Shown here in pieces: positions 19,600-28,374 of a stretch of DNA of 64,000 bases. This DNA comes from Eubacteriales bacterium (GTDB lineage Bacteria; Bacillota; Clostridia; Christensenellales; Aristaeellaceae). The stretch spans positions 669 through 64,668 of the forward strand of contig JAVBPC010000076.1 in NCBI GenBank assembly GCA_031549905.1, in the 5' to 3' direction. Each line of letters begins with the position of its first letter. Position 1 is the stretch's first letter. Both the position numbers and the translations under genes were made by a program. The notes under the pieces were generated by a model. The model saw only the letters and a program-made list of their open reading frames with translations. It was not told where the DNA came from and made no database searches.

Positions 19600-20561
19600 C
19601 GCATCTTCACCCGGGGGTCCAGCCTGTGCATCAGCAGATCCGACAGCAGCGTGCCTGCCACGGCAATGGCGGCAAACACGATGATGAGAAAGTTGGCGAC
19701 CGGATAATCCCGCTTCAGCACGGAATCCAGAAAAAGCTTGCCCATGCCGGGGTAGGAAAAGACGCTCTCCACCAGCACCGTGCCGCTGAAAACCATCGCC
19801 ACCAGGCTGCCGGATACCGCCGCTACGGGCAGCGCGGAGTTGCGCAGGATGTGCGCGGTGAAGATTCGCCTTTCGGTCAGGCCCCTGCCGCGCAGCGCGG
19901 TCACAAATTCGCCGGATTTGTTATTGATGACCTCTGCGCGCAGCAGCTGGATCAGCATGGGAAGCGTCAGGATCGCGGCGGTAAACGCCGGCATGATGGC
20001 GTGGTACAGCCTGCTGAGGGCCTCCGCCGCCCAGCCTTTGCCGACGACATCCGCTGCAATGCTTCCGCCGGCGGGGAACCACTTCAGCGTGTAGGCGAAC
20101 ACGAAAATGGACAGCACGCCGAACACGGCCTGCGGCGTGGACATCATGACATAGCTTCCCGTGGAAACCAGCTTGTCCGGCCACCTGGCATCCCACCGGC
20201 CTGCGATCGCACCAAGGGGGATGGCAAGCCCGTAGCAAAACACCAGCGTAACGCACCCCAGAAACAGCGTGTTGACAAACTTTTCCCCGGCAAGGCGTGT
20301 AACGGGCAGCTTGTGCGAGTAGCTCACGCCGAAATCGCCGTGCGCGATGCCCTTCAGCCAGTCGGCATACCGCACATTCCAGGGCTGGTCAAGGCCCATC
20401 TTCTGGCGCATCTCCGCCATCTGCGCGCCGGTGATGTTAGGGCTGATGCGCCCTGTGAGCGCATCCCCCGGCATGAACTCGGACAGCACGAACACCAGGA
20501 AGCTAAGCAGCAGCAGCTGAATGGCGCACCATGCCAGCCGCCTGAGGATCAAACGCGTCAT
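19596..20561 (-). CDS. Oligopeptide/dipeptide ABC transporter permease (OppB/DppB-like)
   Basis: 321 aa. It has the OppB-like N-terminus (MTRLILRRLAWCAIQLLLLSFLVFVL...FMPGD) and overlaps its neighbours by 4 nt. Confidence 0.8.
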   Translation of the reverse strand: MTRLILRRLAWCAIQLLLLSFLVFVLSEFMPGDALTGRISPNITGAQMAEMRQKMGLDQPWNVRYADWLKGIAHGDFGVSYSHKLPVTRLAGEKFVNTLFLGCVTLVFCYGLAIPLGAIAGRWDARWPDKLVSTGSYVMMSTPQAVFGVLSIFVFAYTLKWFPAGGSIAADVVGKGWAAEALSRLYHAIMPAFTAAILTLPMLIQLLRAEVINNKSGEFVTALRGRGLTERRIFTAHILRNSALPVAAVSGSLVAMVFSGTVLVESVFSYPGMGKLFLDSVLKRDYPVANFLIIVFAAIAVAGTLLSDLLMHRLDPRVKMR

Positions 20562-21355
20562 GGGTCCATCCTTTCCGCAAGCGTATCCGGGTGCAGAGAC
20601 GGCGCGGCCGCGATCAACCGCTTCGTGTAAGGGTGCTGCGGGTTTTCAAAAATTCTTGCCCGGTCGCCGTTTTCAACGATTTTTCCCTGCTGCATGATGC
20701 AAAAGCGCCCGCACATGTTCTTCGCCACGCCCAGATCGTGCGTTACGAAGATGCATGCCATTTTCAGTTCGTTGCACAGCCCGCGCAACGTATCCAGCAC
20801 CTGCGCGCGCACGGTAGCATCCAGCGCGGTAACGGGCTCATCGGCCAGCAGCAGCGACGGCTTCAGCGCCAGCGCGCGCGCCAGCCCCACCCTTTGGCGC
20901 TGGCCGCCCGACAGCTCGGATGGGTAACGCGAAAGCAGGTCCGGCGTCAGTTCCGCCAGTTCCAGCAGCTCTGAAACGCGGCGGCGCGCATCCTGTGCGC
21001 TTACTTTTTCATGGTTGCGCAGCGGCTCCGCGACGATATCCAGCACCGTCAGTTTCGGGTTTAATGCCACGCTTTGGAACAGCATGGATACCTCGCGCCG
21101 GAACGCGGGGCTTCTTTTTTTGCGCGCTATGTTTTCACCATGGAACCGTATTTCCCCGCGCAGCGGCCTGAGAAGGCCCACAATCACGCTGAGCACCGTG
21201 CTTTTTCCGGAACCGGATTCGCCGATGATGCCCAGGGTTTCGCCCTGCGCCAGGTCAAAGCTGATACCCTTTACGGCCACAAGGTTCGCCCGGCTGCCAA
21301 GCCCCCGGGAGTAGGCCGCCGTCAGCCCCGTAACCTCCAGCAACGGAGTTTCCAA
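20558..21355 (-). CDS. ABC transporter ATP-binding protein (OppF/DppF-like)
   Basis: Walker A GESGSGKST, signature LSGGQRQRVGLARAL and Walker B LLLADEP. Confidence 0.85.
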   Translation of the reverse strand: METPLLEVTGLTAAYSRGLGSRANLVAVKGISFDLAQGETLGIIGESGSGKSTVLSVIVGLLRPLRGEIRFHGENIARKKRSPAFRREVSMLFQSVALNPKLTVLDIVAEPLRNHEKVSAQDARRRVSELLELAELTPDLLSRYPSELSGGQRQRVGLARALALKPSLLLADEPVTALDATVRAQVLDTLRGLCNELKMACIFVTHDLGVAKNMCGRFCIMQQGKIVENGDRARIFENPQHPYTKRLIAAAPSLHPDTLAERMDP

Positions 21356-21367
21356 CTGTCCATCCCC

Positions 21368-22138
21368 CTAACGGTAGGCTAAATCGGCCTGCAAAAGTTT
21401 TTGTGTAAACGGGTGCGTGGGGTGATTCAAAAGCCGCGATACCGGGCCGTATTCCACAATATGGCCGTTTTGCATCACGGCGACGGTATCCGCCAGGGCA
21501 GCAACCACGCCAAGGTCATGCGTGATGATGACCAGCGTCAGCTGTTTCGCCTGTTTCAGGCGGCCCAGCAGGGCAAGTATCTGCGCCTGCACCGTGACAT
21601 CCAGCGCGGAGGTCGGTTCATCGGCAATGAGCAGCTTGGGCCGGCAGCACAGCGCCAGCGCAAGCTGTGCGCGCTGCAGCATTCCGCCCGAAAGCTCATG
21701 CGGGAACAGCCTGGCTACGCGCGCCGCATCCAGCTCCACCGTTTCCAGCAGCTCCGCCACGCGCTTTTGCTTTTCGGCGCGCGTCAGCTTGAAATGCGTA
21801 TCCAGCACTTCGCATATTTGCGCGCCGATCCGGTACACGGGGTCGAACGCGTGATACGGGTTTTGGAACACCAGCCCCACATCGCGGCCCAAAGAACGGC
21901 GGCGTTCTTCTGCTGAGAGGGCAAACAAGTCTTGCCCCTCAAAAAACGCCGCGCCCTGCATGTTGACATGTGGCAGAAGGTGGAATAGCGACATCACCAG
22001 CGATGTTTTCCCGCTGCCCGATTCACCGACCAACGCAAGGGTTTCATAGGGACGCACCGTCAGCGACACACCGTCAACCGCCCTGAACGCCCCACCCTTG
22101 CCGGGGTATTCAACCACTACACTGCGTATTTCCAGCAA
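21368..22138 (-). CDS. ABC transporter ATP-binding protein (OppD/DppD-like)
   Basis: Walker A GESGSGKTS, signature LSGGMLQRAQLALAL and Walker B LLIADEPTSALD. TTG start with a GGGGGG RBS. Confidence 0.85.
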   Translation of the reverse strand: MLEIRSVVVEYPGKGGAFRAVDGVSLTVRPYETLALVGESGSGKTSLVMSLFHLLPHVNMQGAAFFEGQDLFALSAEERRRSLGRDVGLVFQNPYHAFDPVYRIGAQICEVLDTHFKLTRAEKQKRVAELLETVELDAARVARLFPHELSGGMLQRAQLALALCCRPKLLIADEPTSALDVTVQAQILALLGRLKQAKQLTLVIITHDLGVVAALADTVAVMQNGHIVEYGPVSRLLNHPTHPFTQKLLQADLAYR

Positions 22139-22165
22139 ACTGAACCCCCCGTGGTTATGAAACGC

Positions 22166-23824
22166 TTATTCCTCCGCAATGGAGCCCTCGCGCATGGTCA
22201 AAATTCTGTCCGCGATGTCGTAATACCGGTCATCGTGCGAAATCACGAACAGCGTGCGGCCCTCCGCCTTCAGCTCCGGCAGGATCTCGCGATAGTATAC
22301 CTCGCGGAAATGCGGGTCAAAGTCCGCGGCAACCTCATCCAGCAGCATGATCGGACGGTTTTCCAGTATCGCCGCCAGCAGCGCCATCCGCTTTTTCTGC
22401 CCGGAGGATAGGTCGATCGTCGGCAGTTCCTTGCCATCCTTCACCTTGCCTTCAAGGCCCAGCTTGCCGATCCACTTGTGCAGCTGCACGGGGTCAACAT
22501 CGCCGTAGCCGTAGAATCCGTCAAACAGGTGAAAATCGGTCATGACTAGGGAGAACAGCGCGCGGTAGTTGGCTTCGCCGATCTGTGAATGGGGCACGTC
22601 ATCCACGGTGATCTGCCCTTCGGATGGCATAACCAACCCGGCCAGAATGCGCATGAATGTGCTTTTTCCGCTGCCGTTTCCGCCGCGCATGATGACAAAC
22701 TCGCCCTTTTCAATGTGGAAGCTGTCAACTTTGAGTGAAAACGCCTTTTCCTCGCCGCGCCGCTTGGGGTATACATACTCGATCTTGCTGCCGGCAAGCC
22801 TGTTGAACTGGGGCGCGACGGGAAAATCCTTGTCGCTTTCGACTTCGGATTCCAGCACAGAGGCATCCAGCTGGCTTTCCAGATCGGTCAGCCTTTCGAT
22901 AATCCTGGCGGCCGCGGATGAAATCGGCCCGATCTGCACCAAAGTATACGCTGGCCAGATTACAACCAGGGTTACAGATATGATTTTGATCAGATCTTCC
23001 GTCGCGATTTCCGTAAGCATGGGCAGCGCGAACAGCGTCAGGCCCAGCGGCAGGAACAGCGTGGCCTGTTCCAACACGATGGAGCGCATCTGGTACAGCT
23101 CCGTGCCCAGCAGCCGGGTATTTTTGTTGTGACTGGCGGGGGAAATCTTCTCCAGGAACAGCGCTTCGGACTTTTGTCGGTTCATCTTCAGCTCGTTGAA
23201 GCCCTCGATGACATCCCTGAGCGATACGGTGAATTTGTCGGTCGCCGTTGCATCATCCGCCTTGCGCTGGCCGATGTTTTTATCCAACCCGCCCCGGATG
23301 CGGATGACCGCGAACAGCGTGAACGCAACGGCCATCGCGCCCGGAACCGATACGGTGCACATGTATATCCCCGAAATCAGCAGCACGATCATCGCGGACA
23401 TCGTGGGGATCAGGAACCTTGCCGCCATGATGGCGCCGTACTTGTCCCCGCCCACGGCCGCGTAGATCAGTTCGGGGTTCATATCGGTGAATGTGAGGTA
23501 ATCCACCCGGCGCAGCTTGTTCATCACGCGCAGCTCGATATCACCCAGGCCCTTGAGCATCGATGTGGAAACGATCTTGCCGCCCCACGCCTGCGTGTAG
23601 TAGTACGCCGCCAGCGACAGCGCGAACATCAGCATCGCGCGCAGTGACACGACGGAGTTTGCGGAATAATCCTCAAGCCCTACGGTCAGCGAATACATCA
23701 GCACGGACATGCAGATGCCGTTGAGCACCGTCGCCATGTTGATAGAACTCTTTTTGTCACCCGCGTTTGCGTACACAAACTGGGTGAAATCTTTATTGAT
23801 AATATTGAAGTTATTGAAATTCAT
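22166..23824 (-). CDS. Peptide-exporting ABC transporter, fused permease + ATPase (YojI/SyrD 'cyclic peptide transporter' type)
   Basis: 552 aa. An N-terminal 6-TM domain is followed by an NBD (GGNGSGKSTFMRILAGL; LSSGQKKRMALLAAIL; LLDEVAADFD). Size and layout match the YojI/SyrD/PvdE half-transporter exporters. Confidence 0.7.
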   Translation of the reverse strand: MNFNNFNIINKDFTQFVYANAGDKKSSINMATVLNGICMSVLMYSLTVGLEDYSANSVVSLRAMLMFALSLAAYYYTQAWGGKIVSTSMLKGLGDIELRVMNKLRRVDYLTFTDMNPELIYAAVGGDKYGAIMAARFLIPTMSAMIVLLISGIYMCTVSVPGAMAVAFTLFAVIRIRGGLDKNIGQRKADDATATDKFTVSLRDVIEGFNELKMNRQKSEALFLEKISPASHNKNTRLLGTELYQMRSIVLEQATLFLPLGLTLFALPMLTEIATEDLIKIISVTLVVIWPAYTLVQIGPISSAAARIIERLTDLESQLDASVLESEVESDKDFPVAPQFNRLAGSKIEYVYPKRRGEEKAFSLKVDSFHIEKGEFVIMRGGNGSGKSTFMRILAGLVMPSEGQITVDDVPHSQIGEANYRALFSLVMTDFHLFDGFYGYGDVDPVQLHKWIGKLGLEGKVKDGKELPTIDLSSGQKKRMALLAAILENRPIMLLDEVAADFDPHFREVYYREILPELKAEGRTLFVISHDDRYYDIADRILTMREGSIAEE

Positions 23825-24003
23825 GCGTTTTCTCTATCCGGGTCTTTGGCCTTGTCGGCGGATACCACGACAAGCAGAATGCCAATCAGCGGCGTGAGCA
23901 AAATGGAGGCAAAGAAATACCCCCAGTAGCCCATGCGCTTATTCCGCCCAAAGTATCCGATAAAAAACGCAAGGATGACATACGCAACCGGTATCGCTGG
24001 CAT
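23821..24003 (-). CDS. Small membrane protein (61 aa), two predicted TM helices
   Basis: A strong RBS GGGAGGG lies 10 nt before the internal ATG (MPAIPVAYVILAFFIGYFG...). The 131-aa ORF in the track has an unsupported N-terminal extension. It is wedged between the SPFH and exporter genes with 1-4 nt overlaps. Confidence 0.5.
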   Translation of the reverse strand: MPAIPVAYVILAFFIGYFGRNKRMGYWGYFFASILLTPLIGILLVVVSADKAKDPDRENA

Positions 24004-24004
24004 T

Positions 24005-25135
24005 TTACTCGTTCCCTCCCTTGTTTGTTGTCGGAACATTGTTGGTTTGCGGCAACATGGTATCCCCAATGCCCTCGCTCGCTTCCGGGAAGTTGGCCAG
24101 CAGCGCGGCGCCAACGGAATCCATTTCCGCCAAGGTTTCCTGCATACGCTCATAAATGGCCATGAATGTATTCTTGCGCACGGGCTCATGGTCTTTATCT
24201 TCAAAGTAGTCATCAAGCGAAAGCGTCGATTCGGGTATCGAATCGGATGTTGACCATGTATCCGTGTTCAGCATCAGCGGCAGGCCGTCCTTATCCCCGA
24301 TGATGACCAGCTTGGCGTTGCTCGACTGCGCCAGCTCCAGCGTAGCCTGGATGCCGATAAACCGCAGGTACGCTTCCGTCATGCCCTCATTGACAAGGGC
24401 CTGCGAGAACCGGACGGACTCCGAATCAACATAGTTGCGCTTGTACTTTTCCACGGCTTCCAGCACCCGGTAGCGTTCCGCCAGAACGTTTTGCTCGGCG
24501 ACGAACTTATCGGATATGGCGCTGGACATTGCTTCGGGCAGTTCCACGCTGCGCACCAGGATGACGGTAAACTGGAACGGCGCGTCGGACAGCGTTTCAT
24601 TCAGAAGCTGCATAACCTCTTCCTGAAGCAACAGGGGATTGCCGTCGTACAGGCGGCTTTGCTCATACTGGCCGATGATGCTGCGCACAACGGATGTGAC
24701 GGCCGGGTCGATGACGTTGTTGGCATAATCCCCGCCCAGCGTGGTATGCAGCTCACCGACGCGGTCCCTTTTGATGCGCCAGATGACGGTCATCTCCACA
24801 TTGACGGCCAAACCGCCCTTGGCAAGCGCGGTTACGCTGTAATCCCTGGACTGCGACCTTGCGTCATAAGGGATGATCGCATCCCATGGGAAAACGAACC
24901 GCACACCCTCGTTGCAGTATACATTTTGCAATGTACCGCCAAAGAAACGGCTGAAATATACCCCGACATAGCCCGCCTCAACGGTTGTGGTGAAAAATGG
25001 CCAACACACCACCACCGCCAGTGCCAGGACAAGTACGATCACGAATAACCGTGGCTTGTCGGCGAACAGTGCGGCAAACCGCTTTTTCAGGGATTTTCTT
25101 TTTTTGGTTTTTGGCTGCTCAGGTTCATTTGTCAT
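24005..25135 (-). CDS. SPFH/band-7 (stomatin/prohibitin/HflK-C family) membrane protein
   Basis: 376 aa. A basic N-terminus is followed by a single TM (LFVIVLVLALAVVVCW) and then an SPFH-domain start (VEAGYVGVYFSRFFGG...). The C-terminal half is coiled-coil-rich. RBS GGAGAG. Confidence 0.7.
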   Translation of the reverse strand: MTNEPEQPKTKKRKSLKKRFAALFADKPRLFVIVLVLALAVVVCWPFFTTTVEAGYVGVYFSRFFGGTLQNVYCNEGVRFVFPWDAIIPYDARSQSRDYSVTALAKGGLAVNVEMTVIWRIKRDRVGELHTTLGGDYANNVIDPAVTSVVRSIIGQYEQSRLYDGNPLLLQEEVMQLLNETLSDAPFQFTVILVRSVELPEAMSSAISDKFVAEQNVLAERYRVLEAVEKYKRNYVDSESVRFSQALVNEGMTEAYLRFIGIQATLELAQSSNAKLVIIGDKDGLPLMLNTDTWSTSDSIPESTLSLDDYFEDKDHEPVRKNTFMAIYERMQETLAEMDSVGAALLANFPEASEGIGDTMLPQTNNVPTTNKGGNE

Positions 25136-25704
25136 ACGGTTGCGCTCTCCGGCTGTGCGGTTTTCTTCCGCTTAAGCATTTTGCCAATCCATTCGCGGCT
25201 GTTCAGATACGCCGCCTTGAAGCTGGCTTTCATGGCGTCAATGTTTGCGTTGACAAAGTCGCCGCCGTTGTTAAAGTGAGCGGCGAACATCCTGCCCACC
25301 GCGTTGGTGGAAAGGCCGTTCAGCGCGGGCAATGTGGCGAACGCCATAGAGGTGCCGATGAGCGGAATGCCCATCACCAGCAGTTCCACGGTTCCCGTTG
25401 CCAGCACGGGCAGTGCGCCGCCGGCTGCCGCGGCGATGATTTTTTTGGCGATATCTTCTTTAAATTCTACGCCATACAGCTTGGAAAGGTTGCGCACCAT
25501 GTTCAGCTGAATGGCTGTCACGGATGCCAGGCTGACCAGCGGCATCAGCGTGACGCCAATGCCCATGGAAGCATAAACGCTGGAAGTGATAATCTTTTCC
25601 ACCTTGGCCGCATCAACAGCCACGGTGCGCGCGCCGGTGTCACCCGAAGCGGTTTCGGCCTGCGCCTGCACGGCTTCGGCATCGAATTCGGTGCTCATGT
25701 TCAT
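25132..25704 (-). CDS. Hypothetical membrane-associated protein (possibly DUF697/YcjF-like)
   Basis: The start was chosen at MNMSTEF (RBS AGGAGG), not the ORF-track M. It has Gly/Ala-rich amphipathic segments. It is the first gene of the long minus-strand operon and overlaps the SPFH gene by 4 nt. Confidence 0.4.
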   Translation of the reverse strand: MNMSTEFDAEAVQAQAETASGDTGARTVAVDAAKVEKIITSSVYASMGIGVTLMPLVSLASVTAIQLNMVRNLSKLYGVEFKEDIAKKIIAAAAGGALPVLATGTVELLVMGIPLIGTSMAFATLPALNGLSTNAVGRMFAAHFNNGGDFVNANIDAMKASFKAAYLNSREWIGKMLKRKKTAQPESATV

Positions 25705-25896
25705 CCTCCTGGATTCTTTTGACTTTATATATTCTAATCTGTTTCTCATTTTTCATCATATCATAATCTTGTCGAAAAAGGAAGTATTATGGGTTACTTT
25801 GCAAGAAATATTTATATAGATTTTGTCACCGGAAAAGCGGTACGATTTTCGCATCACCAACAATTTTGCTTGCCATATGGCTTGCTTTTCATGTTT

Positions 25897-25936
25897 TTGA
25901 AAAAGCAAAAAAGAACCCGCACAAACGCGCGGGTTC
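25897..25936 (-). terminator. Rho-independent terminator ending the radical-SAM/small-ORF cassette
   Basis: On the minus strand, GAACCCGC-gcgtttgt-GCGGGTTC is followed by TTTTTTGCTTTTTC, 9 nt after the small-ORF stop. Confidence 0.7.
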
Positions 25937-25944
25937 ATCGCATG

Positions 25945-26130
25945 CTATACCAATGCCAGTTCCCTTTGTATCAGCGCGCAAGCGATGTTCAGCGCCTTGA
26001 TTCTGCGCACCAGCAGCGTATGCTGCGGCGTGCCCTCTTTCAGCTTTGGCTGCACCTTTTCGCATTTGCGTATCGTCGATTCTATGGCCCGCAGCGCCTC
26101 TTCCAGCTCTTCCCGCGTGAACGCGTCCAT
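25945..26130 (-). CDS. Small hypothetical protein (61 aa, helical, acidic N-half / basic C-half)
   Basis: The ORF starts 13 nt after the radical SAM stop. It is followed directly by a strong terminator, so it is co-transcribed with the rSAM gene. I recognise no motif. Confidence 0.45.
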   Translation of the reverse strand: MDAFTREELEEALRAIESTIRKCEKVQPKLKEGTPQHTLLVRRIKALNIACALIQRELALV

Positions 26131-26142
26131 GCCTGCGCCTCC

Positions 26143-27267
26143 CTATAGTACCAATTCGCCCGGCCGATAGCCCTTGGGCAGTTCCTCTTCGCAGAGGAAT
26201 TTAAAACGCTCATCGCGCAGGATCGGCAGGAAGGCCTCGTACGGCATCCTTACAAATTCGCACGCGTAATTGCTGGCCCCAAACCACGCGCCCTCTTTGC
26301 CGCGCAGGTTCAGCCCCCTGGCAAACTTGGTATGGTTCGAGCAGTCGTGCACGGCCGCATCCCACCGCTCGTCATCGGCGGTCTTCATAAACCGCAGCGT
26401 CAGTTCGCGGCTCCAGATCGGAGAAATGTAACCCAGCCGCGCGATGTACATGTTTTCGCCGGCATAGTTACCGATGTTGTTGGCGTTCAGGTGCAGTTCG
26501 GCGCAGTTGATGAAATCCAGGCCCGTGGAAAGAATCGCCTCTTTTTTCTCAAAAAACGCGCTGAAAAGCTCCGGCGTCATGGGCGTTTCGATGCCGACGC
26601 GCGGAATATACTTTTTCGCGGTGCCGATGTTCGCGATGACCCGGTCCGCGCACCCGGAAGCCCCAAGGTTGAACCGCAGTTCATCCAGGCCGGCGGTGCC
26701 CAGCGCCTTCAAATTCTCTTCGGTGGCCAAGGTGCCGTTCGTGTACAGGTGCTGATGAATCCCCGCATCATGGAATTTCCGTATTACCGGATAGTATTTT
26801 TCGATTTCCATGAACGGTTCCAGGTAGACATACGAAATGCCGGTGGGCTTGTTTTGCGCGGAAAGCAGCAGGTCAATATCCCTTTCATAGAACTTTGTGC
26901 CGCCAATTTCCCACATGCCTTCGCCGACCGGGGGTATGGCGTCCAGTTCGCCGTAATTATAGCAAAACTTGCAGTTTAGGTTGCATTTGTTCGTTTTGCG
27001 CACCGCGCTAAGGCCCGTCCCAAGCAGGCAGGATTTGCATCCGCCCGGGAATTTGCTTTCATTGCCCACAAAATAGGTGCGGTTCTGCAGCGTTTTCAGG
27101 TTGCCAATCTCAGACATCAGCTTATCGTTTCTATCATCGATGGCCGCCTCAATCTGCGCGAAGGTGGCGTAAACGATTTCCTGCTGATGCGTCAGTATTT
27201 CTTCATCCTCCGGCAGGGATGCGAAGAACTCAAACCATATCAGCGCGTCTTTCTTTGAAATTTTCAC
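26143..27267 (-). CDS. Radical SAM domain protein of unknown function
   Basis: CX3CX2C cluster CNLNCKFCYN about 115 aa from the start. GTG start at 27267 with RBS AGGAGGG 9 nt upstream; the track's longer M-start lacks an RBS. No obvious SPASM Cys-rich C-terminus. Confidence 0.7.
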   Translation of the reverse strand: MKISKKDALIWFEFFASLPEDEEILTHQQEIVYATFAQIEAAIDDRNDKLMSEIGNLKTLQNRTYFVGNESKFPGGCKSCLLGTGLSAVRKTNKCNLNCKFCYNYGELDAIPPVGEGMWEIGGTKFYERDIDLLLSAQNKPTGISYVYLEPFMEIEKYYPVIRKFHDAGIHQHLYTNGTLATEENLKALGTAGLDELRFNLGASGCADRVIANIGTAKKYIPRVGIETPMTPELFSAFFEKKEAILSTGLDFINCAELHLNANNIGNYAGENMYIARLGYISPIWSRELTLRFMKTADDERWDAAVHDCSNHTKFARGLNLRGKEGAWFGASNYACEFVRMPYEAFLPILRDERFKFLCEEELPKGYRPGELVL

Positions 27268-27324
27268 GGCGGTATTCCCTCCTGAACGGCAAGTATGCGC
27301 GGCATGGCGCTTTTGGGTGCATCC

Positions 27325-27354
27325 CATCATAGCGTGCCAAAGGATGCTTGTCAA
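27325..27354 (-). promoter_or_regulatory. Sigma70-type promoter for the radical SAM cassette
   Basis: On the minus strand TTGACA-N17-TATGAT, about 50 nt upstream of the GTG start. Confidence 0.5.
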
Positions 27355-27372
27355 TTTTGATATATTCCGCGT

Positions 27373-28374
27373 TTATTCCCCAGCGGTATCGGGTGCATTT
27401 TGCATGATATCCAGCTGCCGCAATATTCTCTCCTTCACCTGCGCGACGAACGCCGGCGGCTCCAGCGCCCTGACCGTTGGGCCAAAGCCCAGCACGCGGA
27501 TCAGCAGCTCGGTTTCCTCCATTACATCGTAATAGATGCGGCAAAGGTATGTGTTGCTTGCCTCATCATATTCCGTTTCCTTCCGGTAGGCCGCGAACTC
27601 CAGCATGGCGCGCTCCAGCGCGTTGCGCTCGGGGTAGATGCGCAGCAGGAAGGATGGCTGGGTTTGCGGCTGTTCGAAGTACCGCAGCGCCTGCGCAATA
27701 TCCATCGCGGGCGGGTTGTCAGCAACCTGCACATGCGTAATGCGGGATAGGTTCAGTATGGCGCGCCGGTTCCGGGTTTTGAAACAGGCTGTGGCCAGCA
27801 AACGGAACTTGTCATCCTTCGCGGAATAGTTCAGCCGCCACGGTATGTATGCGCCGTGCGTAAAGCCGCCCTTTCCGCCCGCGTACTCGATGTACAGCGG
27901 CGTATGCACCTCTGTCGCGTCAAGGATGACGCGGAACCGCTCGCGATACCGCGCGTCGTCATAGGGGTCGCCATCCGAAGCGGCATCGTAGATATGGAAG
28001 TCATCCGGGGAATACAGCGGCGCAGTATCCAACGCGCCGTCCAGGGCCTGTATCTGCGGGTCTGTGAGGAAAAGGCGCATGCGCGGGTCGGCAAGCAGCG
28101 CCTTGAGCCATGCCTGTTCCAGCGTGCTCATCGGGCGCGCGGTATCGCCGCAGGCAAGCGCGGAGTAATAGCGCCCGCCGCGCGTCTGAAGCAGCGGCCA
28201 TTCCTCCGAAATCAGCTTTGGCAGCAGATGGAACGCGGTATCCGCAAAGCCGCTGCCCTCGATGATGGATTCGATTTCCGCGCGTGTCAGGCCGCCGCGG
28301 TGCGCCCCCGCAAGCACGCGCGCCAGCACCGTGTAATAGCAGCCGTAAATCTCGGAAAAAAGCTCCATCCTCAT
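27373..28374 (-). CDS. WYL-domain protein (putative ligand-sensing transcriptional regulator), second of a tandem pair
   Basis: WYL-like core YIPWRLNYS...KFRLLATAC...RNRRAILNLSRITHVQV (P..L.Y / YL.A.C / R.F.L.RI pattern). Start at MRMELF (RBS GGAGGA). It overlaps the upstream paralog by ATGA. Confidence 0.55.
   Translation of the reverse strand: MRMELFSEIYGCYYTVLARVLAGAHRGGLTRAEIESIIEGSGFADTAFHLLPKLISEEWPLLQTRGGRYYSALACGDTARPMSTLEQAWLKALLADPRMRLFLTDPQIQALDGALDTAPLYSPDDFHIYDAASDGDPYDDARYRERFRVILDATEVHTPLYIEYAGGKGGFTHGAYIPWRLNYSAKDDKFRLLATACFKTRNRRAILNLSRITHVQVADNPPAMDIAQALRYFEQPQTQPSFLLRIYPERNALERAMLEFAAYRKETEYDEASNTYLCRIYYDVMEETELLIRVLGFGPTVRALEPPAFVAQVKERILRQLDIMQNAPDTAGE

Noticed and set aside
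27268-27354. N-terminal extensions of several ORF-track proteins (radical SAM, WYL2, 53699-55171, 25132-25749, 23821-24216, LRR protein, serpin neighbours)
   Set aside because: Internal starts have strong GGAGG-type RBSs at correct spacing. The upstream extensions lack RBSs and overlap neighbouring genes, so the shorter starts were used.
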